A stretch of 64,000 bases of DNA, from the NCBI RefSeq assembly GCF_006345805.1, contig NC_042998.1:141360001-141424000 (forward strand). The letters run 5' to 3'. Below, piece after piece: positions 21,701-34,860 of this stretch. This DNA comes from Octopus sinensis (taxonomy: Eukaryota). The notes under the pieces were generated by a model. It was not told the origin of the DNA. It worked only from the letters and a program-made list of their open reading frames with translations, and did not search any database. How positions within the stretch are numbered: position 1 is the stretch's first letter; the number at the start of each line of letters is the position of its first letter. The translations under genes and the position numbers were made by a program.

Positions 21701-23470
21701 GTCGACACCGCTACTTGGAAGCCGTCCTGAAAGCGACCGGTTTCGGACCCATTCTCAGAGGCTGGATTGTTGCAATGCACAGCGGCACCTGCTCGGTGGT
21801 CAAAGTAAATGGCCACCTATCGGAACCGTTTAGTATCGTACGTTTGGTTCGTGAGAGCTTCCCGCCGTCACCTCTTCTGTATATGTTGGCTCTCGAGCCA
21901 CTGCTGTGGAAGATGGAACAGTTAAGAGGCCTCCCTTTCGAAATTAGACTCAGGAGGGAAGTGTCGGCGTACACGGACGATATCACCGTCATGGTGTCGG
22001 ACACCTCAAAAGTGCAGACGGCCGGCTCCATTGTAAGGGAATACGAGTCAGGTGCGGGGGCCAAAATCAACGCCGACAAGTCGGTGGGATTGCAACTGGG
22101 CACCTGGAGAGGCAGATCGATGCCGCCGGACGCTGGACTGACGGACCAGTTAAACTGCTCGGGATCTGGTTCGGTCCCGACCTCCAGGTGGATAAGAATT
22201 TGGAAGAGACGACGAACAGGGTGACCTGTCTTACCCAAAAATGGACAGAGAGGAAGTTGTCCCTGAACGTTCAGCCAGAGGTGGCGAATGCCTATACTAC
22301 CTGTCTATTTATCGTCTGACCGTCGTGCCTTGCTCCAGTTACTGCTTGATTACATTGGAACGTATCCTATTTATTTTCTTGTGGAAGGGACGCGTTCCGA
22401 TGGTCAGGCGGTCAGTCTATTGCCAACTCCTTCAGAGTGGCGGCTTAAGCATGCCGTAGCTTTTGACGCGCAGACACGCATTCAGGTTGCACCACCTGCA
22501 ATGATTTCTAGAAGGTGAGCGTATGTGGGCTCCTTTTGTGAGACACGCCTTTCTGCAGCTCGTCTCTCTGACGGAGCTGCTGTCCTGGGTAAAGGATAGG
22601 CCGAGACTGAGCGCCTGGCATTTAGAATGTCGTCAGGTGCTCACATTCTTCTACAAGTTGGGTAATAAGATCGGTGGCTCCACTTGAGCTATATACAGAA
22701 GATTAGTAGCGGGGAAGTGCGACGACGTCCTCGGGAAGACCCTGGGTGTCGACGAAGATGAACTGGCAAGTCTTCCGGAGGACTTTCCGGTTAGGGATTG
22801 TTATAGATAATTTCCAGACGTCTTTGGCCTGGCAGTGCTACCGGGGGACGCTACCGATCCGAGATAAACTCTATAGGCACGGATATGCCTATAGACGGTC
22901 TTATCGGAGGTGCTCGCAGAGCGACGAAACCGTTATGCATGCACTCGTGTAGTGTCCGGGCATTGCTGACTTGTGGAGTTATTTCGAACAGCTGCTGTCG
23001 CGTGTCGGACGGACCCGTCTGTCAGTTGTGTCCATAATGATGATTGCCCCGCCACCCTTCTTTGATCGGGCAGGCAAGGCAGTTTTTCTTTGTCTGGTGG
23101 CTGCGGTGAAAGAGGTTGTCTGGTGGACAAGGCTGAAAGGAATGAGGACAGAAATATTCCTCTCTAGTAAACCCCTCATCAGCACTTTCAAGTTTCACTT
23201 GAAAAGGAAAGTGAGGGTAGAGAGGGAGGCGCTGTCCTCAAGTGAATTTATGAAGAGGTGGGTGAAAGTTGCGAAAATGGCAAGAGTGGACGGTACCACT
23301 CTCAGTGTAGACCTGTGAGTCAGAAGAAAGAGATTTGGAGAGGGCACTCGTCCTTGGTATTCAGTGTGATCTCGGATGGTGGGGTTCCTCAGTTATCCGC
23401 AGAGGTCCTCCTGTATCAAGAGGACTCCATCACTATCACTTCTTCTTGTGCTGTATACTATGTATACTTC
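18768..23470 (+). mobile_element. Decayed Tx1/L1-clade LINE (ORF1 plus ORF2 with internal deletions)
   Basis: ORF1 remnants (RGEKFGTIKVRFGTEEEAR; EEGRKPIYHICGS as an eroded knuckle). ORF2 APE (GCVNV, SEIRV, AIYAP, SYIDRVFV), RT (KSPGLDGLP, FRPVTLLNTEFKI, DQSKAFHRVD, YTDDIT, GAKINADKS) and a C-terminal C..C...ETVMHAL motif. Confidence 0.88.
20552..23318 (+). pseudogene. Tx1-type ORF2 (APE-RT-zinc finger), many stops and frameshifts
   Basis: Collinear ORF fragments at 20552, 20758, 20959, 21348, 21715, 22241, 22746 and 22971. Confidence 0.88.
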
Positions 23471-23636
23471 AGTTCTATATTTAAGAAATGGGGAATTATG
23501 TACATTATTTACAATTGATGGATATTTGTCCTCATCTTGTTTGTTGTTAACACGTTTCAGCTGATAGACCCTCCAGCCTTCATCAGGTGTCTTGGGGAAA
23601 TTTCGAACCTGGGTTCTCATTCCTGGGGTATTTTTC

Positions 23637-23863
23637 GATGTTGTTGTTGTTATTATTATTATTATTATTATTATTCAAGTCACTGCCTGGAATCGAACTC
23701 GGAATCTTGGGGTTAGTAGCCCGCGCTCTTAACCACTACACCATATGTCTGTGGGCATATGGCTTAGTGATTAACAGCACAGGCTACTAACCCAAGATTC
23801 CAAGTTCGATTCCAGGCAGTGGCCTGAATAATAATGATAATAATAATAATAGCAACAACAATG
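23637..23863. mobile_element. Head-to-head palindromic pair of tRNA-like SINE heads with mirrored (AAT)n/(AAC)n tails
   Basis: Left arm is the reverse complement of the right arm, centred near 23751 (catatgtctgtgggcatatg). B-box-like AGTTCGATTCC in both arms. Confidence 0.85.
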
Positions 23864-24017
23864 TTGACTTGACCTTTCATTCTTTCAATAAATTAAGTAC
23901 CAATGAAACACTAATATAATCAACTAGTCCTCTCCCCACAAATTTCAAGCATTTTGCATATAGCAGAAAAGATTATTATTATTATTATTATTATTAACAA
24001 TAAGAAGACTGTTAACA

Positions 24018-24141
24018 AATGAACAATATTTCGACATTTCGTGTGTCTTCCACAAGTTTAAAATAATCATTTCAATCTACTTCATTTCGGTAATATTTTG
24101 TACTTGTGGAAGCTACATGATGTGTTGAAATATTGTTCATT
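24018..24141. repeat. Fold-back inverted repeat (~40-bp arms)
   Basis: aatgaacaatatttcgac...cttccacaagt pairs with acttgtggaag...tgaaatattgttcatt. Confidence 0.75.
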
Positions 24142-26819
24142 CGATAATAGTCTCACTCTTCTTATTGTTTCTTTACCTTCTGGAGGAGTAACCTCAATCC
24201 TCTATTATCATTATCATTATTATTAATTATTATTATTATTATTATTATAAAATAATTCCATGAGCGTGTGGAATTGTTACTGCATTGGGCAATATGCTTT
24301 GCAATATTCTTTCTTGCTCTCTATAGTCTGAGTTCAAATTATGTCAAGGTTGAGTTTGCCTTTCATCTTTCTGAAGTCAATAAATAAGTACCAGTTGAGC
24401 ACTGGGGTCGATGTAGTCAATTTATTCGTGCCTCTTTAAATTTCTGGCCTTGTGCCAAACTTTGAAATGAATAGCATTACTAAAAGGCAAAAGAAGGTGA
24501 CATGCCTTTGTTGGAGTGTCAGGTAAGGGCTTTGTGTCTAATTTTGGCATTTTATTTTTGATTCCTTTGCCATCAACTTTACCTTTCATCCTCTTGAGAC
24601 CTTGTACTGAAATTATTAGAAATCAAAAGCAGGTGCAGGATATAAGCCTCTGTGTGTGTATTCAACTTGGTTATAACCGAAAATGACTCTGATGAGAATA
24701 GCATTAATTTTCTAGGTCATTCAATTTTTAACAACCGATCATTGGACCAACTGAGTAAACTCATCAATAACTTACACACACACGTATGTATGTATGTATG
24801 TACATACGTATGTATGTAGTAATAATAATCCTTTGATGGAATTTATAAATTTTAATTATCACTACGCATGTTTCCACAAATCACATGTTTCTTAAGGTCA
24901 TAGTCCGTATTCCTGGATGATTACAGTGCAGTCCATAGAATCCATGGTCATTGGCTAGATCATGTTCATGCATACATTTCATTTCTTCAGGTGATATGGT
25001 ATTAATGGGTGTTTAACTGAGAGTTGTTTATCAATTTTGACTACTGACAAAGTTGATTGAGGTGTATGGGTATTTCTGTGTGTATTTGGTAGGGAGGAAT
25101 AGAAGGTGATGGAAAGAGAAGGAATGGCAAGTTATAAGGAGATGGGGGTGTGTGTATGAGTATGCAGTTGTCAAGATGAATAGTATAGCTCTTTGGTTTG
25201 ACCTTATTCACAGCAGGTCCCCCCTTAATTAATTTAGAAGTAGTGGGATCAGTAGGTGCAGCCACCACAACCATTCAGTTATTGGAGTTCATTGCCTGAG
25301 TTGACAAATATTTTCTTAAAATATATATAATTTCAAATCAACTCTTGTAAGTCTCTTCTTTAATATAATATGGGCTAGCCTGTTTGCTTTGCTTCCCCCT
25401 TTCATCATTACTCTCTGCCCTGAAAATAAGCATATCTCGTCTTTTCATGATCATTTTATATTTCATTCAATGAAAGCTTTTGGCTTCTTGAAGATCCATA
25501 TATCTCGTATTTCTTATAAATTCGTATATTTCACCTCATGAAAGTTATGTGGTTCACTCATTTGTGATGATGGCTACCACTTCTGCTGGCCAATTCCGAA
25601 CTTCCAGTTGTTGCCCCATACAAATATTTCAACACGTCAGCTTCATTTCTCATTTACTGTTCTCTTGGCTATTATTACAACCTTACTCCCATGTGTTAAA
25701 TGAAAATAGATGTTCAGATAAGCTCAAATTTATTTTTCCTTGCTTCTTATTTATGTTGTTCTATTAAATCATACTTGCATTTCACCTCATTACATCGTGT
25801 TTAATTTAATTTCAAGTTAATTCTGTTATGCCTCTTTAATATAACATGGACCTGCCCGCTTGCTTTGCTTCGCCCTTTCTTCTTTACTCTGCCTTTGTCC
25901 AGAAAATATATCTTTTATTTTTTACTTGTTTCAGTCATTAGACTGCAGCCAGGTTGGGGCACCGCCTTGAAGAATTTTTACTCGAATGCATTGACCCCAG
26001 TACTTATTTTTTAAGACCTAATACTTATTGTATTGTTTTTTTGTTTTTGCTGAACTACTAAATTACAGGAACGTAAACACACCAGCACCAGTTATCAAGC
26101 AGTGGGACAGGAGCACAAACACATATACATACACACACATATATATAATCATGGTCTTCTTTCAGTTTCCGTCTACCAGATCTACTCACAAGGCCTGGGC
26201 TATAGCAAAAGACACTTGCTCAGGGTGCAATACATTAGGACTGAACTACGTTCTTACCACACAGCCACACCTTTCTCATGATAATTTGTATATCTCGTCC
26301 AATGAAAGTTGTTTGGCTTGATGAAATATCTTGTCTTTCTCATAAATTCGCATATTTCGTCTCATATAAGTTATCTGCCTTGCTTGCCCAAAATGTGCCA
26401 ACCCATTCTCCACACCTCACCTATATCAGCACCCTGTCAGTGACGGTGGTATAAAAGGCTTAGCTAACACCCACTGGTCAGAAATGTAAGTGAATTGTGG
26501 ATACTTACCAGCTAATTAATTACTTATTTACATTTTGTATAAACAATGGTTGTGTACTACACCCTTTCTCTGGTAGATGCAGCAAGTGTGAAGCGAATGA
26601 ATAATGGCAAATTAAATGTGGGGACAAACTGATATGATATGCCTGCAGGCAAGCGTCCATGCCAACCTTTTCAGGTGCTGATTGCTGTCCATCACCTCAA
26701 TGTTCCTGTTTACTTTTGTCACCCTATCTGCATCATTTGAGTTTGTACAGTCAATGTAGGTCTGGTGAGATTGTTGAGGTGCTACAACTGAGTCGTATGT
26801 GTGTTGCCCTCAGGAAGTA

Positions 26820-28980
26820 AGGTGGAGGGGAACCTAAGCCAGGTTGTTCACAAAGAACGTATGTGTAAAATCTCTTTGGAAAGCAGTAATGATGGGGTAG
26901 GGTGTGGGCATATTTTTAACTGAGAAATGGGTGGCTAAGGTGATTGAGGTAGTCAGAGTGTGTGATAGGATACTTATGCTTATACTAGTCTTGCAAAGTA
27001 CAACAGCAACTATGCTTCTTAATTGGGACTGTGAAATGAACAAAATGACTGATGATATGAAACCTTTTAGGTGTCATTTTCATATGTGCATGGCAACTAT
27101 GGAATTAGTTCGTGAAATGAGGAGGGAACGGCTATTGGAGTTTTGCAATGCAAATGATCTAATGATCTGCAACACTAACTTAAGGAAACCAGCCTGTTAC
27201 CTGATCACCCATCAATCTGGTGGCCACACAAGCCAGATTGACTATATATCCACAGAAAGCAGGATGGGTAGTTGTTCATAAATGTAAAGACCTTCTCAAG
27301 TATTCATCAACATAGGTTAGTCATTAGCAAACCAGGCTGGAAAAGCAAGATGTGGAAGCTTTGAATAATCAGAGATTTAGAGATGTCTTAACTGAAGCAT
27401 TTATGGAGGAGGAGGGAAGGAAATAGAAACATATAATAAAGAAGGCAACTTGAAGTTCCTATGGGACAGCTCAACGAGGGTCACAGACCAAATTTGTGGC
27501 TGGTGTAAAGTCTCAACCAAATCTAGTGTGATATGGTTGTTGAATAGTGTAGTAGATTGAGCTATAAGCGCAAAGGCCTGAGAGCTGGGGTAGTAGAGAA
27601 CAATATCAGATAGCTAAAGAGAAGCTTGATAATAGGTATATTTAATTAGGGAAGAAGCAGGAAGGAAGAAGTTTGCCAATGTTCTGCAATGTGAAGACCA
27701 GAGGCTTGAGGCATTCACTGTAAGACAGTGTGTCACAGAAAATTATGATGTTGTAGGAGAGAAATGTGTTTGGACGGGTGATGGTACACTTGCACTTAAG
27801 GATTCTGCCAAAAAGGATTCATGGATGGAAGGCTGCTTAATGTAGAGAATACATGAGAGGAGAGTTTTCCTAATGTGGACCCAACTGAGGGACCAGGTAT
27901 TTGAATTCACAGCAGTATAATAGATAAAGCAATTAAGGATATGAAGACAGGGAAAACTCTTGGCTCATCAAGAATTATGGCTGAGATGCTTAAAATAACT
28001 GGCTGAGTGAGATATGGCCTAGTCACCCGTATAGTAAATCAGATTGTCCATGAAGGGGTCATACCCAGTGGTTGGTGTAGCAGCATTATTGCTAACTGCT
28101 ACAACGATGAAGATGATGACGTAGAAGTAATTACAGAGACATTATATTGCAGGACCAGGTCATGAAAGTTATGAGTGGCTTGGTACGAGTTGTCCAAGCC
28201 ACTTACAGGGATGGTGTCAATAAGGTGGAAGTCAGCAATGGTATGGCAATGAATTTAGTGTGCAGGTAGTTCACCAAGGCTGAGTTTTCAGCCTCCTCTT
28301 GTTTATCATAGACTTCCTGGCCCTAACAGAGGAATTTAAGGCTGATTGCCCATGGGAGCTTCTTTATACTAATGATCTTGCTCTTACAGCTGAATTTCTA
28401 GTAGAATAAGAGAAGAAATTTCAGGTGTGGAAGCTGGTACTGGAATGGGAGGGTTTTAGAGTTAAATTAGGAAGGAACAAAATACTAGTAAGCATAAAAC
28501 CAGACAAATTACTAAGCCTTTGAAGGAAATGGCCCTGCTCATCATCGCTTTCCATGCTAGCATGGGTTGGACGATTTGACTGAGGACTGGCAAACCAGAT
28601 GGCTGCACCAGGCTCCAATCTTGATCTGGCTGAGTTTCTACAGCTGGATGCCCTTCTTAACGTCAACTACTCCGAGAGTGTAGTGGGTGCTTTTACGTGC
28701 CACTGGCACAAGGGTCAGTCAAGTGGTACTGGCAATGGCCACGTTCAAATGGTGTTTTTTATGTGCCACCTGCACAAGAGCCAATATGTTCAAAAGGTAT
28801 GGTAGAAATTCCATACAGTGTACCCAGTACAAACAACTATGGACACATAAGAGATGCAGTAGAATCACAGAAAGCTTAACAGAAAGTAGTCTTAGTGCAT
28901 GATAGATGTGCAGGAACAATAAACACTAAGAATACACAGGAAATAGATTTCATCAAATGCCCATAGGGATTCTTAGAGGC
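26820..28980 (+). mobile_element. Decayed RTE-clade LINE fragment (APE and RT), interrupted by a short repeat near 28540-28790
   Basis: GIFLTEKW, LLEFCNANDLMICNT, SQIDYI, PWELLYTNDLAL, RVKLGRNKIL. Confidence 0.75.
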
Positions 28981-31846
28981 TACCTAGGTGGCCAAATTGG
29001 ACGTTAAAACAATGATAATGATGAAAAGCAGGTTGTCCAAAAATAGATGTACAATATACTTTAAAATCTATCACATTTATCTCAAAACAAATATGTTGCC
29101 ACAATAATCATCCTAATCCCTTACTACTGCAATATAGTTTTTTAAAAAATTACAGATAATAATCAGCAAATTGAAAAAAATCAATGGCAACATGGCTTTC
29201 TTTGATTGAAAGATCAATTTTTGCCATCACCATCACTGTGTGCAATAACTATTTGGTTTAATGTAATCGACTAAACCATAGGAAGATACTGTGGCCTAAC
29301 ATACCTATAGTTCTTTGGCTGAAACAAATAAAAAAATTACACTCATCTGAATTTCCATAACATTTGATTACCTTAAATCAAAATTGTTTCACCACCACCA
29401 TTGTTTTAACATCCACTTAGCCATGATCACATGGTTTGGACAGATTTTGCCGAGGCAGATTTTCTATGGCTACAAGGTCTTTCTGTTGCCAACTAATAAT
29501 ATTCCCCCATGACTATACATGTTTTCATGGGAGATTGGAAACAAAAGAACACTGTTTCTATGAAGGTGACATCCACAACTATGATGGGATGTCAAGACAA
29601 GAAGACACTAACTCTTTCTCTCTCTATCGCACATATACATAATGGGCTTCTTTGAGTTTCTACATACCAAATCCACTCATAAGTTATTGGTCAGTCTGGA
29701 GCTACAGTAGAAGACACTTGCTCAAGGTGCAATGTAGTAGGATTGAACCTAGAACTATGTGGTTGGAAAACAAGCTTCTTAATCACACAGCCACACTAGC
29801 ACCATTTGTAAGTAGATACACATGTTAGGCTAGTACTTAGATCCTAAAACAAAGGTGCCTCATAAAAAACATTGGTGTGGGTGCTGGTGCCACATAAAAA
29901 GCACCTAGTACACTCTGTAAAGTGATTGGCATTAGAAAGAGCATCCAAATGTAGAAACCAAGCCAAAACAGATTATGGAACCTAATGCAGCCCCTGGCCT
30001 TAACAATTCCTGCCAAACCATTCAACCCATGCCAGCATAGAAAACAGATGTTGAAGATGATGATGATGGTATGTGTGCATGTGTGCTGGGCTTCCATACA
30101 GTTTCTGTCTACCCGTTCCACCCACAAGGCACCTGCATATGGCATCACGCACTGGGACTGAATTTGAAACATGACAATCACTGAGGTATCATGTTTAGGA
30201 GCAATGCTGAACTCCCAACCCCCCTCCCAGTTCAGTCGTTCTTACAGTTTTCTAGCATTTCATTCTTCCGTGGTTTTGAGTGCAAACTAAGCTGTGTCAC
30301 ATCCTGATGTCAGTATGACCTCAATGACTTTGTTTGCTAACCTCGCATGTGCACATGTCAAGGCATTGTTATATAAAGAATGCAAATGTTAATGTCCTGT
30401 ACATACCCTGAAACAAAATGCTAATTCATTAGACACAAAACTAGTAAGATGTTATTACAATCAGTGCTTCTGGTAACATTGAAAAGTATGGATGTCTTGA
30501 ATGATCAGTATGGTTGGTGAAGACTTCAATTAAATGGGAAAGACCACAGTCAAAATGAGGAAAATAATTTATGATTCGGAGAAACTATTAGAACATTGAT
30601 ACCTTAAACTCTTTCTGTTACTTGTAGTCGCTACAACTCATGGGCATTTCTTCCAACTCTGTATCATTACCCACAAACCACTATGAAATATAATAATACA
30701 GGAAACTTCACAGAGGTAACAATAGATCCATACAGCACCTCAAGAATGCCTTAAGAATAGTATAACAACCATTATTGGAAATCAATGTCTTAGGGACAGC
30801 AAGAACATGTGACCAAATAATTAAAGATCTCAGCAGAATATTTATTTCTATCATTATTATTAAGCTGGTGAACTGACAGAATAGCTAGTCAGCAGGACAA
30901 TATGTTTTGCAGCATTTCGTCTGTCTTTATGTACTGAGTTCAAATTCCACTGAGGTCGATTTTGCTTTTGATCCTTTTGGGGTCGATGAAATAAGTTCCA
31001 GTTGAACACTAGGGTTTGATTTAATTGACTTAGCCCCATCCCCAAATCTGCTGGCCTTGCCAAAGTTTGAAACCATTATTATTGAAGTGGTGAACGAACA
31101 GAACAGTTAGCATGTTGGACATTATGCTTCGCAGCATTTTGTCTGTCTGTATGTTCTGAGTTCAAATTCCACCGAGGTCGACTTTGCCTTTCATCCTTTT
31201 GAAGTTGATGCAATAAGTACCAGTTGAGCACTGGGGTCAATATAATTGACTAGCCCCCTCCCTACAAATTATAGGCCTTGTGCCCATAGTAGAAGAGATT
31301 ATTATTATTATATGCCATTATCTGAAGGACAATTTAACATAAAAGGGCTCACTTGGTCTTCATGAATTACCAAAATTAAAGTATATTGAAATGGCCGAAT
31401 GGGTATGCAGTTTGTTTCATCACCATGTAGTTCTGTGTTCAATTCTACTGCATAGCACCTTAGGCAAGTATTTTTTTCTCCTTTACAATAGCTTCAAACT
31501 GAGCAATGTTTTGTAAGTGAAACTGATGGATGGAAACTGTACTGAAGCCTGTTGTATGTGTGTATGTGGTAATTGTTTACATTCTATATGTCCTGGTATG
31601 AAATGAAGTAGAGGGATGATATGTTTACATTCACTGTAGACATGATAGTTCTGCACATGTGGAGATCAACAGAATAAAACAATCCTTCATTTGATAAACA
31701 GGCACAGGTTGGTGACAGGAAAGACATCCAAGAGTAAGATATTGCCTCAATAAGTCTTTATCTAACCCATGTCAGCATAGAAAAATGGACATAAATTAAA
31801 CAAATGCTTCAAACACAAATTATGCACACACCTTCACCACACTAAC

Positions 31847-31852
31847 TTTATT
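31847..31852 (-). promoter_or_regulatory. Candidate polyadenylation signal of the minus-strand host gene
   Basis: AATAAA followed 15-35 nt downstream by GT-rich gtgtgtgcataatttgtgtttg. Other AATAAA hexamers exist in this AT-rich DNA. Confidence 0.25.
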
Positions 31853-32511
31853 TATGATTCATTTTTTTTTTTAAGTCTTTGGATTTCTATGTCTTGAATG
31901 TTGGAAAATGTCGAATCCTTATGGAATTGTCTGAAAAAGAAATTTAAGAGAATGTTTGGTTTTTCATTTCCAAATTTGTGGCAGAATGAAATAAAGCAAG
32001 ACCTAGGAAATTGCATGTTTCCTAAATATCTTTTGGTTGTTGTACAACATTACATCATATAGAAAAGTAATTGTATGTGTTATTTTCCACTTCATGTTAT
32101 AGTTCACAAATTTTAAAATATTTTATCAAATAAATCTTAAAATCTTCACATAATTTGTAAATTATCATTTAATTTCCATGTTCCATGCTAGCATCAGTTG
32201 TAGGGTTTGACAGGATCCACGAGGTAGGAGGATTGTGTCATACGCCATCTAATTTGACATGGTTTTATATGTTGGTATGTCCTTCTTAATGGCAACCACA
32301 TTACAATGCTTTCTTCATGCCACCAGCACTTGTGAGCTTGCTAGGTTTATGTTAGGAGAAGAGGGGTTAAAGTACAAAAGAAAGAAGTTTCTTACTGTAG
32401 AGAAGTCTTAGAATAACAACATGATATGTGTGAGAAACCTCTGAGCAATGCAAGTGAGGAGTTATATAAAGTATGTAAGGTGATGTCAATAAATGAAAAC
32501 AAAGAGAAAAG

Positions 32512-32726
32512 ATTGTATAACTTTACACAAGAGTCTAATGGTCCGATAATATTTCAGGAAAAATTCCTCTTTTCAAACAGAAGAAAGGGAATAATACTCA
32601 AATGGCTTGCCAGTAATGATACATTTCTCCGAACTCTTTAATTATTTCCTTTTATCTACTTGAAAAGGGGATTCTTTTCCAAAATATTATATGATCATTA
32701 AACAACCTAATGTAAGGTAATACAAT
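32512..32726. repeat. Diverged fold-back (MITE-like), ~85-bp arms
   Basis: 32512-32595 pairs with 32641-32726. Confidence 0.7.
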
Positions 32727-32869
32727 ATTATAGTACTGTAATTTCCTTGAAGCATTGCAATGTGTAAATGATATAATTTCAAGAAGACCTTCAAGTAATG
32801 CCATGAGTGCAAGTATCTATGTGCTTGCGTGGATGGTTTTCATGCCAAGTGAAAGCACTAAACTAAAAA

Positions 32870-32892
32870 TCAGCTGCACCTGTTCATATTAC
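32870..32892 (-). CDS. Candidate short terminal coding exon of the host gene (G|NMNRCS*)
   Basis: Very strong acceptor (t11)ctttttcttttcttttggcAG at 32894-32893. Phase-compatible with the donor at 38902; TGA at 32872-32870. Confidence 0.3.
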
Positions 32893-34149
32893 CTGCCAAA
32901 AGAAAAGAAAAAGAAAAAAAAAAATCTGTCTGGCTTGGCACTTTTTAATATGTGTAGAATAAAATGTCCCTGGGGAAATAGGCAAAGATTAGTGACAGGA
33001 AGGGTATCCAGCTGTTAAAAACAATGTCTTGATAATAAGTACTCAACTAACACATGCTAGCATTAAAAAAATTAGCATAATATGAACAAAATCTAAAATG
33101 GCAGTTGATAGTTAAATAGTTTTTTTTTGGGGGGGGGGGCAGTAATAACAATAACTGATTGCAGAACATTGGCTGTTGGTGAAAACCAAACTTGAACTTA
33201 CCTGGATTCAAACTGAGAGCATTACATTACTAAATACAGTCTGTCACTTAGCTCGGTTGCTCTACAAATTCAGGCATTCCACTAATAATGGTTTCAAATT
33301 TTGGCACAAGGATAGGCAATTTTAGAAGGAGGAGTAAGTCAATTACATTGATCCCCAGTATCTGACTGGTATTTTATAGACTCTGAAAGGATCAAAGGCA
33401 AAGTTGGCTATGTGAAGAACTGGATGCTGTTAAGCAGTTTGCCTGATGCGCTAACGATTCTGCCAGCTTGCCACCTTAATAATACCAATAATCCTTTCTA
33501 AGTCTATGAGCACAAGGCCTGAATTTTGGAGGAAGGGGCTAATTGATTACATCAACCTCAGTGCTCAACTTATCTTATTGACCACAAAAGGATGCAAGGC
33601 AAAGTTTACCTCAGTGGGATTTGAACACAATGTAAAGAGTCATAAGAACTACAAAGCATTTTGTCTGACATGTTAACAATTCTGCCAGCTTGCTACATTT
33701 ATCATCATCATCATTTAACCACTGTTGTCTATGCTGGCATGGGTTGGATGGTTTGACCTGGGCTGGTAAGCTGAGAGGCTGCACCAGACTCTAGTTTGAT
33801 TTAGCATGGTTTCTATGGCTGAATGCCCTTCCAAACACCAACCACTCCAAGAGTGTAAAGGATGTTTTTTATGTGCCACCTGTATGGGTACCAGATGCAT
33901 GATGACACCAGTACCCGCCACGACTATGATTTCACTTGGCATGATGGGTTTTCTATTCAAGCATGGCATGTTATCAAAGGTCTTGGTTGTTTGTCATTGC
34001 CTCCATGCAACCCAATGCTCGAAAAGTGCTTTTTATGTGCCACTGGCACAGATGCTAGTTATACAACACCAGCATCAGCAACATTGCCTCTGTGAGGCCC
34101 AACACTTGAAAGGTGCTTTTTACATGCCACTTATGTGACCTCAGCATTG

Positions 34150-34860
34150 GCCATGACTATGATTTCACTTGGCTTGATTGGTCTTCTCAAGTACAGCATA
34201 TCACCAAAGGTTTTAGTCACTAGTCATTGCCTCAGTGAGGCCCAACATTTGAAGATCATGCTTTACCATCTTGTCCCATGTCTTCCTGGGTCCACCTCTT
34301 CCACAGGTTCCCTCCACAGTTAGAAATTGGCACTTCTTCAACACAACTGTCCTCATTCATACGCATCACATGACCACATTTGTGCAGTTGTATCTCTTGC
34401 ACAGGATATCTGATGCCTCTTATGCCCAACTTTTCTCTCAAGATGCTTATGCTGTCAAACATGCACACTGACATTGCACATCCAGCAAAGCATGCTAGCC
34501 TTATTTCTTACAAGCCGACACATGTTCTTGGCAGCCACAGCCCATGTTTCACTGCTGTGTAGCATAGCTGTTAGCACATAGGCATCATACAATCTACCTT
34601 TCATTCTGAGGGGAGGTCCTTTGTTGCCAACAAAGGTAGGAGCTATCTGAACTTTTCCCAGCTTATTCTTATTCTCACAGCATCCACCTCCACTACTGAC
34701 TTGGCTACCAAGATAATGGAAGCTATTAACTACCTCTAGCTTACTCTACTGGCATTTGATGGAATCTATTTTCTGTACAATTTTAGTGTTTATTGTACCT
34801 GTGCACCTTCAACACACAAAAAACTGTTTTCCCTGTTAATCTTCCTCTGACATTGCTACA
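34150..34860 (-). mobile_element. RTE-clade LINE 3' fragment
   Basis: GHVMRMNEDSCV, LREKLGIRGI. Paralogous to 57960-58680. Confidence 0.7.

Noticed and set aside
23675-23830. tRNA genes (also at 17470-17540 and 44570-44620)
   Set aside because: A/B boxes are present but there is no complete cloverleaf, and they continue into multi-copy SINE bodies.
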